Positions 48,551-62,297 of a DNA stretch of 64,000 bases are shown here, in pieces. The notes under the pieces are model-generated. The model did no database searches. It had not been told where the DNA came from and saw only the letters and a program-made list of their open reading frames with translations. The DNA is from Lama glama (lineage: Eukaryota): the NCBI GenBank assembly GCA_028534125.1, contig CM052817.1, forward strand, positions 83,454,001 to 83,518,000. Reading direction: 5' to 3'. The position numbers and the translations under genes are program-made. Numbering within the stretch: position 1 is the stretch's first letter; each line of letters opens with the position of its first letter.

Positions 48551-49354
48551 GATGAGAGATATTCCCTACAGTATGAAGGAGAAAAATCCAGTGGCCCCAA
48601 GAATAGATTTAAAAAAAAAATACTCACAATAAAAGGCTAGTAAAAGAAAGGGTCAAAAAGTAAGGAATAAACCAAAAAGTAAGTAATATTCTAGGAAGTA
48701 AGGAATAGAGATGGTTTCAACTAGCACAAGAGAACTCAACAAAGCCTAATCTAACACTAAGGGAGAAAAAGAACCAAGTGAAAATCCCAAAATAGTGTGA
48801 CTTGCTAGATATTTTAGAAATATATAATGAACATCTACTATGTGCCAATTCTGTGCTACGGACTAGAAATGTATTGGTCTCTTCTTGTGGTTTATGGTCT
48901 CTTTGGGGATATACAGAAGCAACCTGGCAGATCAGGATGAGAGCTCTGTCTATGGAAAGCACTTGTGGCAGGAAGCACAGGACCACTGCCACAGCGCCTA
49001 CAGTGTATTCTTTCAGACATTCACTCTTGACTCTTGATCCATAAAACCAATCAATCAATAATCAAAAGAGTACATGAAAATAGAAATAAAATACAAGTGT
49101 TACGTTATATTTCTACTAGTGTAAAACTGTCCTAAACTGCTATGGATGGCCATTACTATGTATCCATCTGATATAAACATGGAAAGTGGCTTACAAACTG
49201 CTTTTATCAACTCCATGGTCCAAAGGATATGTTTACAGTCACATACATATCCCAAAATATTATGAGGTTGCCCAAAAGATGTACTTTTATATTTTAACTA
49301 TAAGCAGTGTGAGGTTCTCTGAATGTTAGAATTAATGTAGCATGGTTAATAAAA

Positions 49355-51118
49355 TCTCTAAGAAATCAAAGACATAAATAAGTGGAGGGTAGGCTGTGTC
49401 CATGTATTAGAAGACTCAACATAGCAGAGATGTCAGTTCTCCCCAAATTGATTTATGGATGTAATGCAAATCCTATTGAAATCCCACCAAGGTTTTTTAT
49501 ACACACAGACAAGCTTGTTCTAAAATTTATATGGAAAGGCACAGAGCCTAGACCAGCTAAAGCATCTTGAAAAACAGTAATAAAGTGGGAGGAATCGTTG
49601 TACCCAGTGTTAAAGTTTACTGTATAACTATGGTAATCAAGACAGTGTGGTATTGGCAGAGAGATAGAATCATAAATCTATGGGAGAGAGGAGAGAAGCC
49701 AGAAATAAACCCACACAAATACGCAGAGCTGATTTTGACAAAGGTGCAAAATTAATTCAAAGGAAGAAAGATGGTGTTTTAAGCAAACAGTGCTGAAGCA
49801 ATTGGACATCCGTATGCACAAAAGTGAACTTAGACCCAAATGCACAACGTCCACAAAAATTAAAGCAAAATGGATCATACACTTAAATGTAAAACCTAAA
49901 ACTATAAAACTCTAGAAAATAAAAATGTAGGAGAAAATCTTTATGATCTAGGGTGAGTCAAGGAGTTTTTAGACTTGACACCAAAAGCACAATCCATGAA
50001 AGATTAAATTGATAAATAGCTACAGACCATGTGAAAAGGATGAAAGGACAAGCAACAGGCTGGGAGAACGTATCTGCAAACCACGTATCTGAAGAAGGAC
50101 GTGTATCTAGACTATATGAAAAACTCTCAAAACTCAATGATATAAAAAATACAATTAGAAAATGGGCAAAAGACATGAAAATACATTTCATTGAAGGAGA
50201 TATGCAGATGGATAAGCACATGAGAAGATGTTCCACATCATTAAGCATTAGGGAAATGCAAATTATAACAATAAGATAGTCTACACAACTATCAGGATGG
50301 CAGAAACAAAAAAATAGTGACAAAACTAAATGCTGACAAGGACTCATAGAAACTGGATCATTCCTACATTTTTGGAAGGAATGTAAAATGGTACAGACAC
50401 TCTGGAAAACAGTTTAGCAGTTTCTTTAAAAACTAGACATGCAACTATGTGACATAGTGTGTACTCTTGGGCATTTATCAGGGAGAAATGAAAACTTATG
50501 TTCATAGAAAAATTTGTACATGGATATTTATAGCAGCTTTGTTTGTAAAAGCCCAAAACTGAAAACCACCCAGATGTCTTTCAACAGATGAATGTTTAAA
50601 CATTCATACTGTGAAATACTACTCAGCAATAAAAAGGAATGAACTATTAGCACACACAGCAATGGATGAATCTCCAAGGAATTATGCTGAGAAAAAAAAG
50701 TTAATCCTCAAAGATTATATACTGTATGATCCAGTTTATATAACATTCTTAAAACAACAACATTTTAGAAATGGTTGTCAAAGATTAGGAATGGGGGAGG
50801 CAGATGTTCTAACAGGGCAACACAAGGGATCCTTGAGTTAACAGAACTATTTTTAAAAATGTTTATCTTTAGTATGGATACACAAACCTACATATGTGAT
50901 AGTAAATTATATACATAAATTCAAATATAAACAGGTACATGCAAGTGAAAGTAAATTGGAATAGGTCTGTGGATTACTTGTAATACTATACTATAGTTTT
51001 GCAAGATGTTGCCATTAGGGAAAACTGGGCAAAGGATACACAGCATCTCTCTGTATTATTTCTTACAACTGCATCTGCATCTTCAATTATTTCAAAATAA
51101 GAAGCTTAATTTTAAAAA
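49355..51118 (+). mobile_element. L1MC/L1MD-like 3' portion (degraded ORF2 and 3'UTR)
   Basis: ORF fragments RLNIAEMSVLPKLIY, VIKTVWYWQRDR, IRKWAKDM..HF, MKYYSAIKRNE; 3' end tctctctgtattatttcttacaactgcat. Confidence 0.9.
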
Positions 51119-51659
51119 ATTATCTCTACATTTTAGTCATCAAAATAATGCAATCCACTGATACTAACTCTTAACCCAAAAGAGCTCTCATGAAGTTGGG
51201 GCAAGGATCCCAGGTCTCACTTTGTCCAGCCCTGGTTGCTGCATTATGCAGCATTATGTTATATGATTACAATCAAAAGAATTAGAATCACCTTGGTTGG
51301 ACTGTATGTTGCCAAGTGGGGAGCACGAGGAACAGAAGGGCAAAAGAAACAGTAGCATCTTCTCCTAAGAGAAGCCTGTGTTTGCTACCTCACAAATGAT
51401 CCACAAGCAAGTCAAAAATTAAAGACAGAATAGGTGGGTGTCTGCAGCCTATTCACAAAAGAAAGAGAAAGAAACCAACCCAGAAGAAAGCAATCAGTTG
51501 TGTTGTTCACCACAATGAAAAGCCATCACTGGTTTGAATGACCTGGGCCAGGAAACTGTTGCTCCTGCTGCCCATGCAGCCAACTTGGATAAACAAAGAA
51601 TGAAGGAGAATCCTGCTGTCTCTTAAGAAAATAGTGCAATTCCCTCTTTAGCACAATGC

Positions 51660-52200
51660 CAACAAAACCACCATTTTACAGATAAAGGAACCTGCAGGCA
51701 GAAGTGGAAAGTGAATTGCCAGCATCTGAGAGTTAGCAAACGACAAAGCCAGGATTCAAAACCAAGTTTTCCATTTCCGAAGCCAGTATTCCTTCCAAGA
51801 CTAGCTATACCATGGCTGCTATGGCTATAGACAGTCTTTGGCTAATAATTATACAGAGCATTTCAACTGGCAGAAGAGTTGTGTGGTTAAATTGAACATT
51901 CTCACCTTTCATCATGTAGATTTTGAATATTAATTTGAAGAGATAAACCTTTTGAGTTCATATGTAGAAAAATTTTGTTGCATGTGAATATTTCATTTTA
52001 TTAATAACATATTAAATGCTTTCACGTACACTTGATCCTCACACAATCCTATAAAATAGGTAGGTCTGGACTTGTTATAACCGTTTATTAAAATGAGAAA
52101 ATTGGGGCTCAGTGAGGCTAAGTGGCTTGCCAAAGATGACATCGTTTTATGTTAGAGGTGAAGCTGGAACAAGAACACATTTTCTATCTGCTGGTTTCTT
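51660..52200 (-). mobile_element. Two MIR fragments
   Basis: ccattttacagataaaggaac...; atgagaaaattggggctcagtgaggctaagtggcttgcc. Confidence 0.7.
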
Positions 52201-52429
52201 ACACCTCTTTTTCTATGTTATTAATTTTCTTTTACACACAATAGGATATATATTATAATCAACCACCCAGCTTAAGAACCTGAGCCTTATCATTAATCTT
52301 GAAGCTTCTGTGTTCTCCTCCCCAAGGGCCATTGAGTTTCACAAGTCCAGAGATCATCATTCACATAGAATAAAGTGGAAAGGGTGCCCTCTGGAGTTGT
52401 GCACCTGGCAACCCTGCCCCCATCTCATC

Positions 52430-55250
52430 TCTCTCCTCAACCTTGAACTATGTTTATCATTATCTTACTTTTCTTCATATTTCACCACATATCTTTATTA
52501 CTCTAAAAGTATATTGTTTAATTTTGCCTGATTTTTATATTTTTACACAGATTCATACTGCACCTAGTCCTCTATAACTTGTTCTTTCACTTTGTGTTTC
52601 GTGTGTGTCGATGTGAGTGGCTGTATGTCATTCATTTTCCACTGTTCTGTAGTGTTCCACAATATGAATGCCACAGTTTCTCTAGTCGTCTGCCATTGAA
52701 ACTTTACATTGCTTCCAGCTTGGGGCTATCATAAATAATGCAGCTGTGACAATTCTTGACCATGTCTCTTGGTCTACAAGTGCAAGAGTTTCTCCAAGGT
52801 GTTTAGGTAGGAGTCTAATTGCCATCTTGTAGATTTACACATCTTCAACATTACTAGATTATTTCAAATTATCTTCCAAGATTTTGTACCAGTTTATATT
52901 TCAGTAATCAATGTATAAGAGTCTCTGCTTTATCTACATCCTCAGCAACCCTTGGCATTATATATTTTATTTTTGCCACTGTAATATATAAAACAGTTCT
53001 CCATTGTACCTCATTGTGGTTCTGTTTGCATTTCTGTGATTACTTGGAGTTCAGCATCTTTTTATAGTTTTGGTTGTTTCTGTTTCTTCTTCTGGACACC
53101 TTGTTATGTCACTGACTCATTCTCCTATTGGATGACTTGCCCTTTATCCATCTTTTAAAAGGAATTAGTATACTTTAGGCAACATTTCTTTGTCAGTTAT
53201 GTATGTTGCAGATTTCTTCTTTCAAGTTGAATCTCTTCTTTAAGATGTCTTTTGTTAAGCATATCTTAATTTTAATACAAGAATTATAATCAATCTTTTT
53301 CTTTATGGGTTAATATTGTAATTTGTAATATGGTGAAAGATCATTAAACATAACACTGAATAATCTATGTATTATTATACTTTTTATACACTACTGGATT
53401 TGTAAGAATCTGTTTAGAATTTTTATATCCCTGTTTAATGAGTAAAACTGGTCTGCAGTTTTCCTTTTCCCTACTCTTTGGTTTTTGACATCAAAATTGT
53501 ACTATCATTGTAAAATGAGTTAGTATATAAAATAACTTTTTTAAGACTGAAATTATGCCTTCCTTTTGCTAGATCTCCAAAAAAACAAAAACAAAAACAA
53601 AAACAAAACCTCTCTGGCCTGGTACTTTCTTTGTGGAAAGATATATAACTACTGATTCAATTTTTTTTTTTTTTACTGGTTATAGATTCATGTTTCTAAT
53701 ACTATTTAAGTCATTTAGGGTAAACATTTTTCTGGGAATTCATCCAGTTCATTTTTAGATTTATCAGCATGAAGTTGTTTGTAACTTTTTCTTACCTTTT
53801 TAATCTCTGCTGTATTTGATCCTCTTTTCATTCCTTATTTTACTTGTGACCTTTCTCTTCTTGCTATAAATCTTTTTTATAATTTTACTAGTATTTCAGA
53901 GTCAATTTTTGACTTCTTGATTTTCTTTATTGTACCTTATTTTTAATTTTATTAATTTCCCTCTTATCTTTATTGTTTCCCTCCTATTACTTTATTTATG
54001 TTTATTCTCCTGTACTTTTTCTAATTTCCAAAGTGACCTGAAGAGGTCAAAATTTTTAAATCTCTTCTTTGATACGATAGCGTAAGTATTTAAGGCTGTA
54101 AGTTTCCCCATGTTCTCTCTTATTCTAGACCAAACTTTTCTCATTTCTAATATGATTTCTTTTTTACCAATGAACATTAGAGTATTTTTTAAATTTCCAA
54201 GTGTAAGGGGTTTATTTAGTTATCTTATTATTTCATTGCCTTGTTGATTTCTAATGTAATTGACTTAAGGTCAAAAAACATGATCTATATGATACTGATT
54301 TCTTGAGTTCTTACTCTGTGACCCAGAATATAGTCAATTTTTATGAGCTGAGAAGATTCATGAGCTTGAGAAGAATGTATATACACCAGTTGTAGAGTTC
54401 CATTTTCTGAATATATCCATTAGATTTAGATTTTTAATTCTGTTATTAAGTATTCTATATCTTAACTGGAATTTTTTGTTGGCTTAATCTGTAAATTACT
54501 GAGAGCACTACTAAAATTTCCCACGGTAATAAATGATATTTACTAATTTGGTAAGTGGTAGATACATGGTAAATATAATATATAAGTTTATATTTTCAGT
54601 TCTATTAATTTTTGCTTCATATACTCAAAGTTATATTATTAGGTATATTTAAGCTTGGGATGATAAATTATTTGTGTCCTAATCTTTTTTTACTGTTTAA
54701 ACATAAAGTCTGTTTTGTCCAGTATTAATATGCTACACCAACTTTCATTTCATACATATTTCCTTATCTTTTCCTACCCTTTTACCTTCAGTCTTTGGTA
54801 TCCTTTCGCTCTCAGTGTCTGTGCATGTGTGTGTGTGTGTGTTATCCAGTCTGACAGTGTTTGCTTTTAACTGGAGCATTTAGCTAATTTATTTTTATTG
54901 CAAACACACATGTAATTATTGAAAACATATATATTTGGATTTATTTCTTGTTTTGTGCTTTTATTTTATCCTTCTTTTTCTATGTTCCTTTTTCCCCCTC
55001 TTGTGTTCTTTTGGATTAACTGATGCTTTCCTTTTTGGATTAATTGCCTTCTTTCCTTTATTCTCCTCTAATATCTGGGAATTTATATACTCTATTTCTA
55101 CTTTCCCTCTGCCTCCCCAGAAACTTAAAATACATATTTAATCTGACAGAATTTGAAGTTAAACAATATATACTGTCAACCAAACAATACATAGAATTTG
55201 GTGTACTTTAAACACAGTGATCACCATTGCATCCTCCACTTAAGTAATAC
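52430..55250 (-). mobile_element. Old L1 (L1ME/L1M5-like) fragments
   Basis: T-rich antisense L1 motifs: gcttccagcttggggctatcataaataatgc; tgagaagaatgtatat; actgattcaatt. Confidence 0.75.
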
Positions 55251-55269
55251 CTTATTGCTCAATAGAAAA

Positions 55270-55680
55270 AACTAGACCAGAGCAAAGAGGATCAGGAATG
55301 CTAGGAAGAATAGGGTAGGCTGCAGTTTTAAATATAGAGGTCAGTTTAGGCCTCTTTGAGAAGATATTTAAGCAAAGATGTAAAAGAGATGGTGTTAGCA
55401 TGCAGAGTCTGGAGCAACAACATTTCAGCAAAAGGCTCAGCAAGTGTAAAAGCCCTAAGGAAGGAACAAAGTTGGAGAGTTCTAGGCACAGCAAGGAGGT
55501 CAAGTGTGGCTGGAGTGGAGTGAGCTAGGGGAGAGTACCCAGAGACAAAGTCAGACAGAGAGGGTTGCCTCAGTGTGGGCAACCTTTTTAATGCCATGTG
55601 GCTTTTACTCAGAGTAATATGTGAAGTCTTTGGAGGGTTTTGAGCAGAGAAGTGTCATAAGTTGACTTTTAGTTTAAAAA
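55270..55680 (-). mobile_element. L2a fragment
   Basis: cagcaaggaggtcaagtgtggctggagtggagtgagc...ttggagggttttgagcagagaagtg. Confidence 0.85.
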
Positions 55681-56074
55681 GCCTCTCCCTTAATTTAAAT
55701 ACCAAGACACTAGAGAATATTACTCAAAAACAGTATTTTATTTCTATGTATACATGCACATACAAATGTATCTTACTTGAATAAAAGGAAATAAGGAAAT
55801 CACATGGGATGGTTTTAAATGTTTGTGTTTAATGATAATTAAAGCTTTTAAATTTGAGTTTTCAGTAGAAAAATAAAAGTATAGATAATCAGGAAGAAAA
55901 TTATGCCCTAATTACCCAAAGAGCTCCATACTGCTCTATATGTAAATATAAAATACACATAAAATCTGCTTTGTACCTTAACAATGTACCATGAAATCTT
56001 TTCATCCAAACAAATACATATCTTAAATAGTTTTTTCATGACTAGATGATATTCCATTAAATGAATGAACTATA

Positions 56075-59000
56075 ATTTTTTCCAGCTTTATTGAAATTTA
56101 ATTAACATGTAACATTATATAAATTTAAGGTATACAACATGTTAAATTGATACACTTACACATTGTGAAAGGATTACCACCTAGCATTAGTTAACACCTC
56201 TATTACCTCACATAATTACCATTTCCTTTTTGTGATGGGAACATTTAATATTTATTCTCTTAGCAACTTTCAAATATATAATATAGTGTTTACTATAATC
56301 ACCATGTTGTACATTAGCTTCCCAAAACTTACTCATCTTATAATTTAAAGTTTATACTGTTTGATTAAAATCTCTCCATTTCCTCCATCTCCCAGACCCA
56401 GTAACCATTATTCTACTGTGTTTCTGTAAGTCTGGCTTTTTTGAATTCCATGTATAAGTGATATTGTACAGCATTCGACTTTCTCTGTCTGAATTATTTC
56501 ACTTAGCATAATGCTCTCAAGGTCCATCCATGCTGTTACAAATGGCAGAATTTCCTTCTTTGTTATGACTGAGTAAATATTTCAGTGTGTGTGTATCACA
56601 CCTTCTTTATCCATTCATTCATTGATGAAAACATGGGTTATTTCTATATCTTGGTTATTGTGACTAATGCTGCAATGAACATGGGAATGCAGATATCTCT
56701 TTATGACCTGATTTCACCTTTGGATATATACCCAGAATTGGTATTACTGGATCATATGGTTGTTCTATTTTCAGGGTTTTTTTGGGGGGGGCGGGGGGGA
56801 GCGTCCATACTATTTTCCATAGTGGCTCCACCAATTTACATTCCTACATAGTATACACTTTTTCTTTTCTCTTTACATCCCTGCCAGTATTTGTAATCTC
56901 TTGTCTTTTTTACGATAGCCATTTTATCAGATGGGAGGTGATTTTTCAGTTTGGTTTTGATTTGCATTTTCCTGATGACTAGTGGTGTTGAGCATCTTTT
57001 CCTCAATCTGTTGGCTATTTCTGTCTTCTTGGCAAAAAGTCTCTAAAATACCTGTGCCCATTTTTTAATCAGATTTTTTCAGTTTTTGCTGTCGAGTTGT
57101 ATGAATTCTTATATATTTTGTAAATTAACCCTTTATCAGATATATGATTTGCAGTTATTTTCTCCTATTCCAGTAAAAAAGAGCAAGAGAAGAAACAGAC
57201 AAAGAAGAATAAACATCAAAACAACAGAAAATGGTGCTGGAGACGAGTAGTTTAATAACCAAACTTTTATTCATTTTAATTAAATTTTAAGCTGCTTTTG
57301 TCTTTGGAAGCTTTTAAAAAGAAAACTGAATTAGGTCTACTTCAATGTCCACCTGTAAGAAAGGAGATTTTTTTTTGTTATTTAACTTGTCTTTTTTTGT
57401 TATCCAAATGAGTATGTTTTAATGTATAGTTCTGTTTGTATTATTTCAGATGATTCAGATATCAAAAGACATTCTTCCACTAAATTACCTTTGTAATATG
57501 AAAGTGTATTAGTACAAAGTAATTTTGTAGGTTTCCTTTTCGTTTTGTTGATGGTTTCCTTTGCTGTATAGAGGATTTATAGTTTGATGTAGTACCACCT
57601 ATTAATTTTTGCTTTTGTTGCTTGTACTTTTGGTGTCATATCCAAAAAATTATTGTCAAAATCAATGTCAAGAAAATTTTCCCCTATGTTTTCTTCTAGT
57701 TTTATGGTTTCAGATTTAAGTCTTCAATCCATTTCAAGTTAATTTTTGTGAGTGGTGCATGGCAGGAGTCCAGTTTCATGCTTCTGTATGTGGTTTGACA
57801 GTTTTCTCAGCACCATTTATTGAAGAGACTGTCCTTTCCCTATTGAATAATCTTGGCTCTCTTGTCAAATATTAGTTGACTGTATATGAAACGGTTTATT
57901 TCTAGGCTTTCAAATCTGTTCCACTAGTCTGTGTGTCTGTTTTTATGTCAGTACCACACTGTTTTGATTACTATAGTTTTTTAGTATAGTTTGAAATCAG
58001 GAAGTGTGATTCTTCCCTCTTTGTTCTTTCTCAGGATTGCTTTGGCTCTTGAGGGTCTTTTGTGTTTTCATACAAATTTTTAGGATGGTTTTTCTATTTG
58101 ACTTTTAATAGAGATTGTATTGAATCTACAGATAACTTTGTATCATGTGGATATTTTAACAGTATTAATACTTCCAATCCATGAGCATGGAATATCTTTC
58201 CATTTATGTGTGTCTTCTTCAGTTTCTTTCAGTTTTCAGTTTACAGATCTTTCACTTCCTTGGTTAAATTTATTCCTAAGTATTTTATTTGCTTTGATGC
58301 TATTGTGAATGAGACTGTTTTCTTTATTTTCAGATGATTATTATTAGTTTATAGAATCACAACTGATTTTATATTTTGATTTTTTTAACCTGCAACTTTA
58401 ATGTATTAGTTGATTAGTTCTAACAGTTTTTGATAGTCTTTCAGATTTTCTATATATATAAAATCATACCATCTGCAAACAAATACAATTTTATTTCTTC
58501 CTTTTTGATTTGTGTGGTTTTTATTTATTTTTCTTGCCTGATGGCTCTGGCTAGGATTTCCAGTGTTGTGTTGAATAGAAATGGTGAGAGTGGGCACCCT
58601 TGTCTTGTTCCCAATCTTACAGAAAAAGCTTTCAACCTTTCACCATAGAGTATACTGTTAGTTATGACTGTGTCATATGTGGCCTTTTTTATGTAGAGGG
58701 ATGTTTCTTCTATACTAAACTTGTTGAGTTTTTATCATGCAAGTGTGCTGTATTGTATTAGATGTTTCTTCTGCATCTATTGAGATGATCATATTATTTT
58801 TACCTTTCACATTAATTGACTTGCATATGTTGAACCATCCTTGCATCCCAGGGATAAATCCCACGTGATAATGGTGTACGATCCTTTTATGTGCTGTTGA
58901 ATTCAGTTTGCTAGTATTTTATTGAGAATTTTTGCATCTTTACTCATCAGGGATATTGGCTTGTGATTTTCTTTTCTTACAGTGTTCTCATCTGGCTTTG

Positions 59001-62000
59001 GTATCAGGGTAATGCTGGCCTCTTAAAATGAGTTTGGAAGTTTTCTCTCCTTTTCAGTTCTTTGGAAGAGTTTGACAGGAATTGGTGTTAATTCTTTAAA
59101 TGTTTGGTAGAATTCACTAGTGAAATCATTGGATTTAGGGGAGAGGGAGCTTTTCTTTGCTGAGAGGTTTTTTTATTACAGATTCAATCTCCCTACTCAT
59201 TATTAGGTTGTTCAAATTTTCTATTTCTTCATGATTCAGATGTGGCAGAATAAATTTTCTAGGAATTTACCCATTTGTTTTAGGTTGTGCAATTTGTTGG
59301 CTTATAATTTGTTCATCATAGTCTCAAGATCCTTTGGATTTCTGTGTTATCAGTTGTAATATCTCCTCTTTCATTTCTGATTTTTTGAGTCTTCTCTCTT
59401 TTTTCCTTAATTCTTAATCAACCTAACTAAATTGCTGATTTTGTATATCTTTAAAAAACAATTCGTCATTTTATTTAGCCTTTCTAATTTTTTTTCTCTT
59501 TATTTTATTTATATCTGTTGTGATCTTTGTTGTTACCTTCTTTCTGTTAATTTTGGGCTTAGTTCTTGTTTTTCTAGTTCCTTGAGATGTAAAGTTAGGT
59601 TGTTTATTTGAGATCTTTTTTTGTTTCTTATGAGGCATTTATTGTCAAAAACTTCCTTCTTAGAATGCTTTTGATGCATCCCATAAATTTTCATATGTTT
59701 TGTTTCTATTTTTGTTTCTTAAGATATTTTTAAATTTCTCTTTTGATCTCTTCTCTGATCCAATGGTTGTTTGACAGTGTGTTGCTTAATTTTCATAGAT
59801 TTATGAATTTTCCAGCTTTCCTTCTGTTATTGATTTCTCATTTCATACCATTGTGATTGAAAAAGATACTTAGTATAATTTTATTCTTAAATTTCTTAAA
59901 ATTTATTTTACGGCCTATTGTGTGATTTATCCATCCCTTCACTGAGTCTGTGTGTTCTTAAAGCTAAAGTGATCTCCGGCAGGCAATATATAGTTGGATT
60001 CTGGTTTTCATCCATCCAGTCACTCTAAGCTGTTTGATTGGAGAACTTAATCAATTTACATTAAAGTAATTATTGATAGGTAAGGATTTATTAATGGCAT
60101 CTTATTTATTGTTTTCTGACTGTTTTATAGTTTCTCTCTGTTCCTTTCTCCTTCTCTTTCTCTCTCCCCTTGCATTTTGGTGGTGTTATGTTTAGATTCC
60201 TTTCTCATTTTCTTTTGTGTATTTACTATAAGTTTTATCCTGGTGGTTACTGTGAGGTTCACATATAACATCCTGTGTTAATAGCAGTCTGTTTTTAGGT
60301 TGGGAGCAACTTAAATTTGAAGACATTCCAAAGCTTTATGATTTTACTATCCTCCCTCTTATACTATTGATGACAAATTTTACATTTTTTAATTTTACGT
60401 ATCTCTTAACTAATTATTATAATTTTAGTTGGCATTACTACTTTTGTCTTTTAAACCTCATGCTTGCTTTATAAGTGATTGATCCACTTATTTTTATTAT
60501 ATATTTACCTTTCCAGTGAGATTTTTACTTTTGTGTGTTTTCTTATTATCTTATTATTAATTAGTGCCATTTCTTTTTAGCTTAAGGAAATCCCTTTAAC
60601 ATTTCTTGTAGTGCTGCTTTAGTGGTGATAAACTCCTTTAGCTTTTGCTTCTGTCAGAAACTCTTAATCTCTCCTTCAGTTCTTAATGATAACCTTGCTG
60701 GGTAAAGAATTCTTGGTTGGAGTTGGAAGTTGTTTTCCTTTTAGCTCTTTGAATATGTCATGCCTCTCCCTTCTGACTTGTAAGGTTTCTTCTGATAAAT
60801 CTGCTAGTGGGCTTATAAGGGGTTGCCTTTAAGTTACAAGCTTCTTTTCTCTTGCTGCTTTTAAGAGTATCTCTCTGTTTTTGATTTTTTTACAGTTGTA
60901 TTTTAATGTGTCTTGGAAAGGATCTCTTTAAGTTGATTTGGTTTGGTGATCTATGAGCTTCATGAACTAGGATACCCCAGTCTCTCCCCAGATTCAGGAA
61001 GTTCTCAGCTACTCTTTCTTTAAATAATCTTTCTGCACTCTTCTCCCTCTCTTCTTTTTCTGGAACTACAATAATTCACATGGTGGTTCTTTTGATGATA
61101 TCCCATAGATCACATAGGCTTTCTTCATTCTTTTTTTGTTGCTGTTTTCCTCTGACTGGAAGATTTCAAAATTCTTGCCTTCTATCTCAGATTCTTTCTT
61201 CTGCTTGACCCTTTCTGATGTACATGTTCCCTATTGCATTTTTCAATTCTTTCATTGTATTCTTCAGCTCTGGAATTTCTGTTTGTTTGTTTTTTATAAT
61301 TTCTGTCTCTTTGTTAAGCTTCTTATTTTGTTCACATATTGTTTTCCTGGTTTTATTGAATTTCCTTTCTGTGTTTTCTTATAGCTTATTGAGTTTTGTT
61401 AAAACCATTTTGAATCCTCTAATGGGTAAATCACAGATCTCCATGTCTTCAGGGTTGGTACTGGAAGGCTATTGTGATCCTTTGGTGATGTCTTACTTCC
61501 TTAGTTTATTCATGTTCCTTGAAGTTTTGCATTGCTATCTTCACATTTAAAATTGTAGTCACACCCTCCAGTCTTTACTGTCTTTGGGAGCAAAATACCT
61601 TCTCTCAGCTCTGTTAGTGAATCTGAGGCTTTCTCAGGCCTTCTGTGGATACACTTGCTCAAAGCTTCTTACTCTCTCTGTGGCAGAATACTTAAGCTTA
61701 TATGCCTGTTCTCAAGCCTGAAATGTACCATGCCAGGTACTGACAGCCTTCTTTTCCCCCCTAAAGTTAGCACTAAAGCTCAAATCTGTTGTATCTCCCT
61801 GGACCACAGACTTGGGCCAGATTTCTGCACATGTTCAGTAACTATCTGCCAAAACTTGCTGTCATCACCACTGTTGCATGTGCACACAATGATCCAGCCA
61901 CAGGATTGGGGGTGTGTCGGGGTGAGGCATGCTGAGTGCTAAAGGTGCCCACGGGCCAGCTGTGGGATCTGTGGATGAGGTGTTCCCAGTAGAGGTGTTC

Positions 62001-62297
62001 CCAGTGGCTCATGGGAGGGCTTCTTGATGGAATCTGTGACCATTAGTAGGCTCTGCATCCCTTTAATACCCTCCAAGAGTCCTGTCTGTTTCTCCCAGCC
62101 TCTTTTTGCCTCCCAGTTGTGCATCTCACAATTCAGTACCTTGATGGAACTAGAGAGAAACAAGCCTCTTTGGCTGGTACTGGATCCCTCAGCTCCCACA
62201 AAGGCACTTTTGTTTATGGGTGGATGCCAAATTATTGTTCGGGCAGGAGGACAAGAATGAAGGACATCTTATTCTGCCACAATGCTGACATCACTCT
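56075..62297 (-). mobile_element. 5'-intact, internally deleted old L1 (L1MA8/9-like 3' end) inserted in an older L1ME fragment
   Basis: 3' end ttccagctttattgaa...ttctcttagcaactttcaa; continuous antisense ORF2/ORF1 remnants; 5' terminus reads GAGAGTGATGTCAGCATTGTGGCAGAATA on the minus strand; ataattt repeated at both ends. Confidence 0.88.
57170..57523 (+). pseudogene. SSB: Retrocopy fragment of SSB (La autoantigen): last codons and most of the 3'UTR
   Basis: With frameshifts it translates to [26 protein letters not shown] (stop 57248-57250), matching the La C-terminus [29 protein letters not shown] as I recall it; downstream gaattaggtctacttcaatgtccacctgt and ttatttcagatgattcagatatcaaaag match the recalled SSB 3'UTR. 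Confidence 0.9.
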
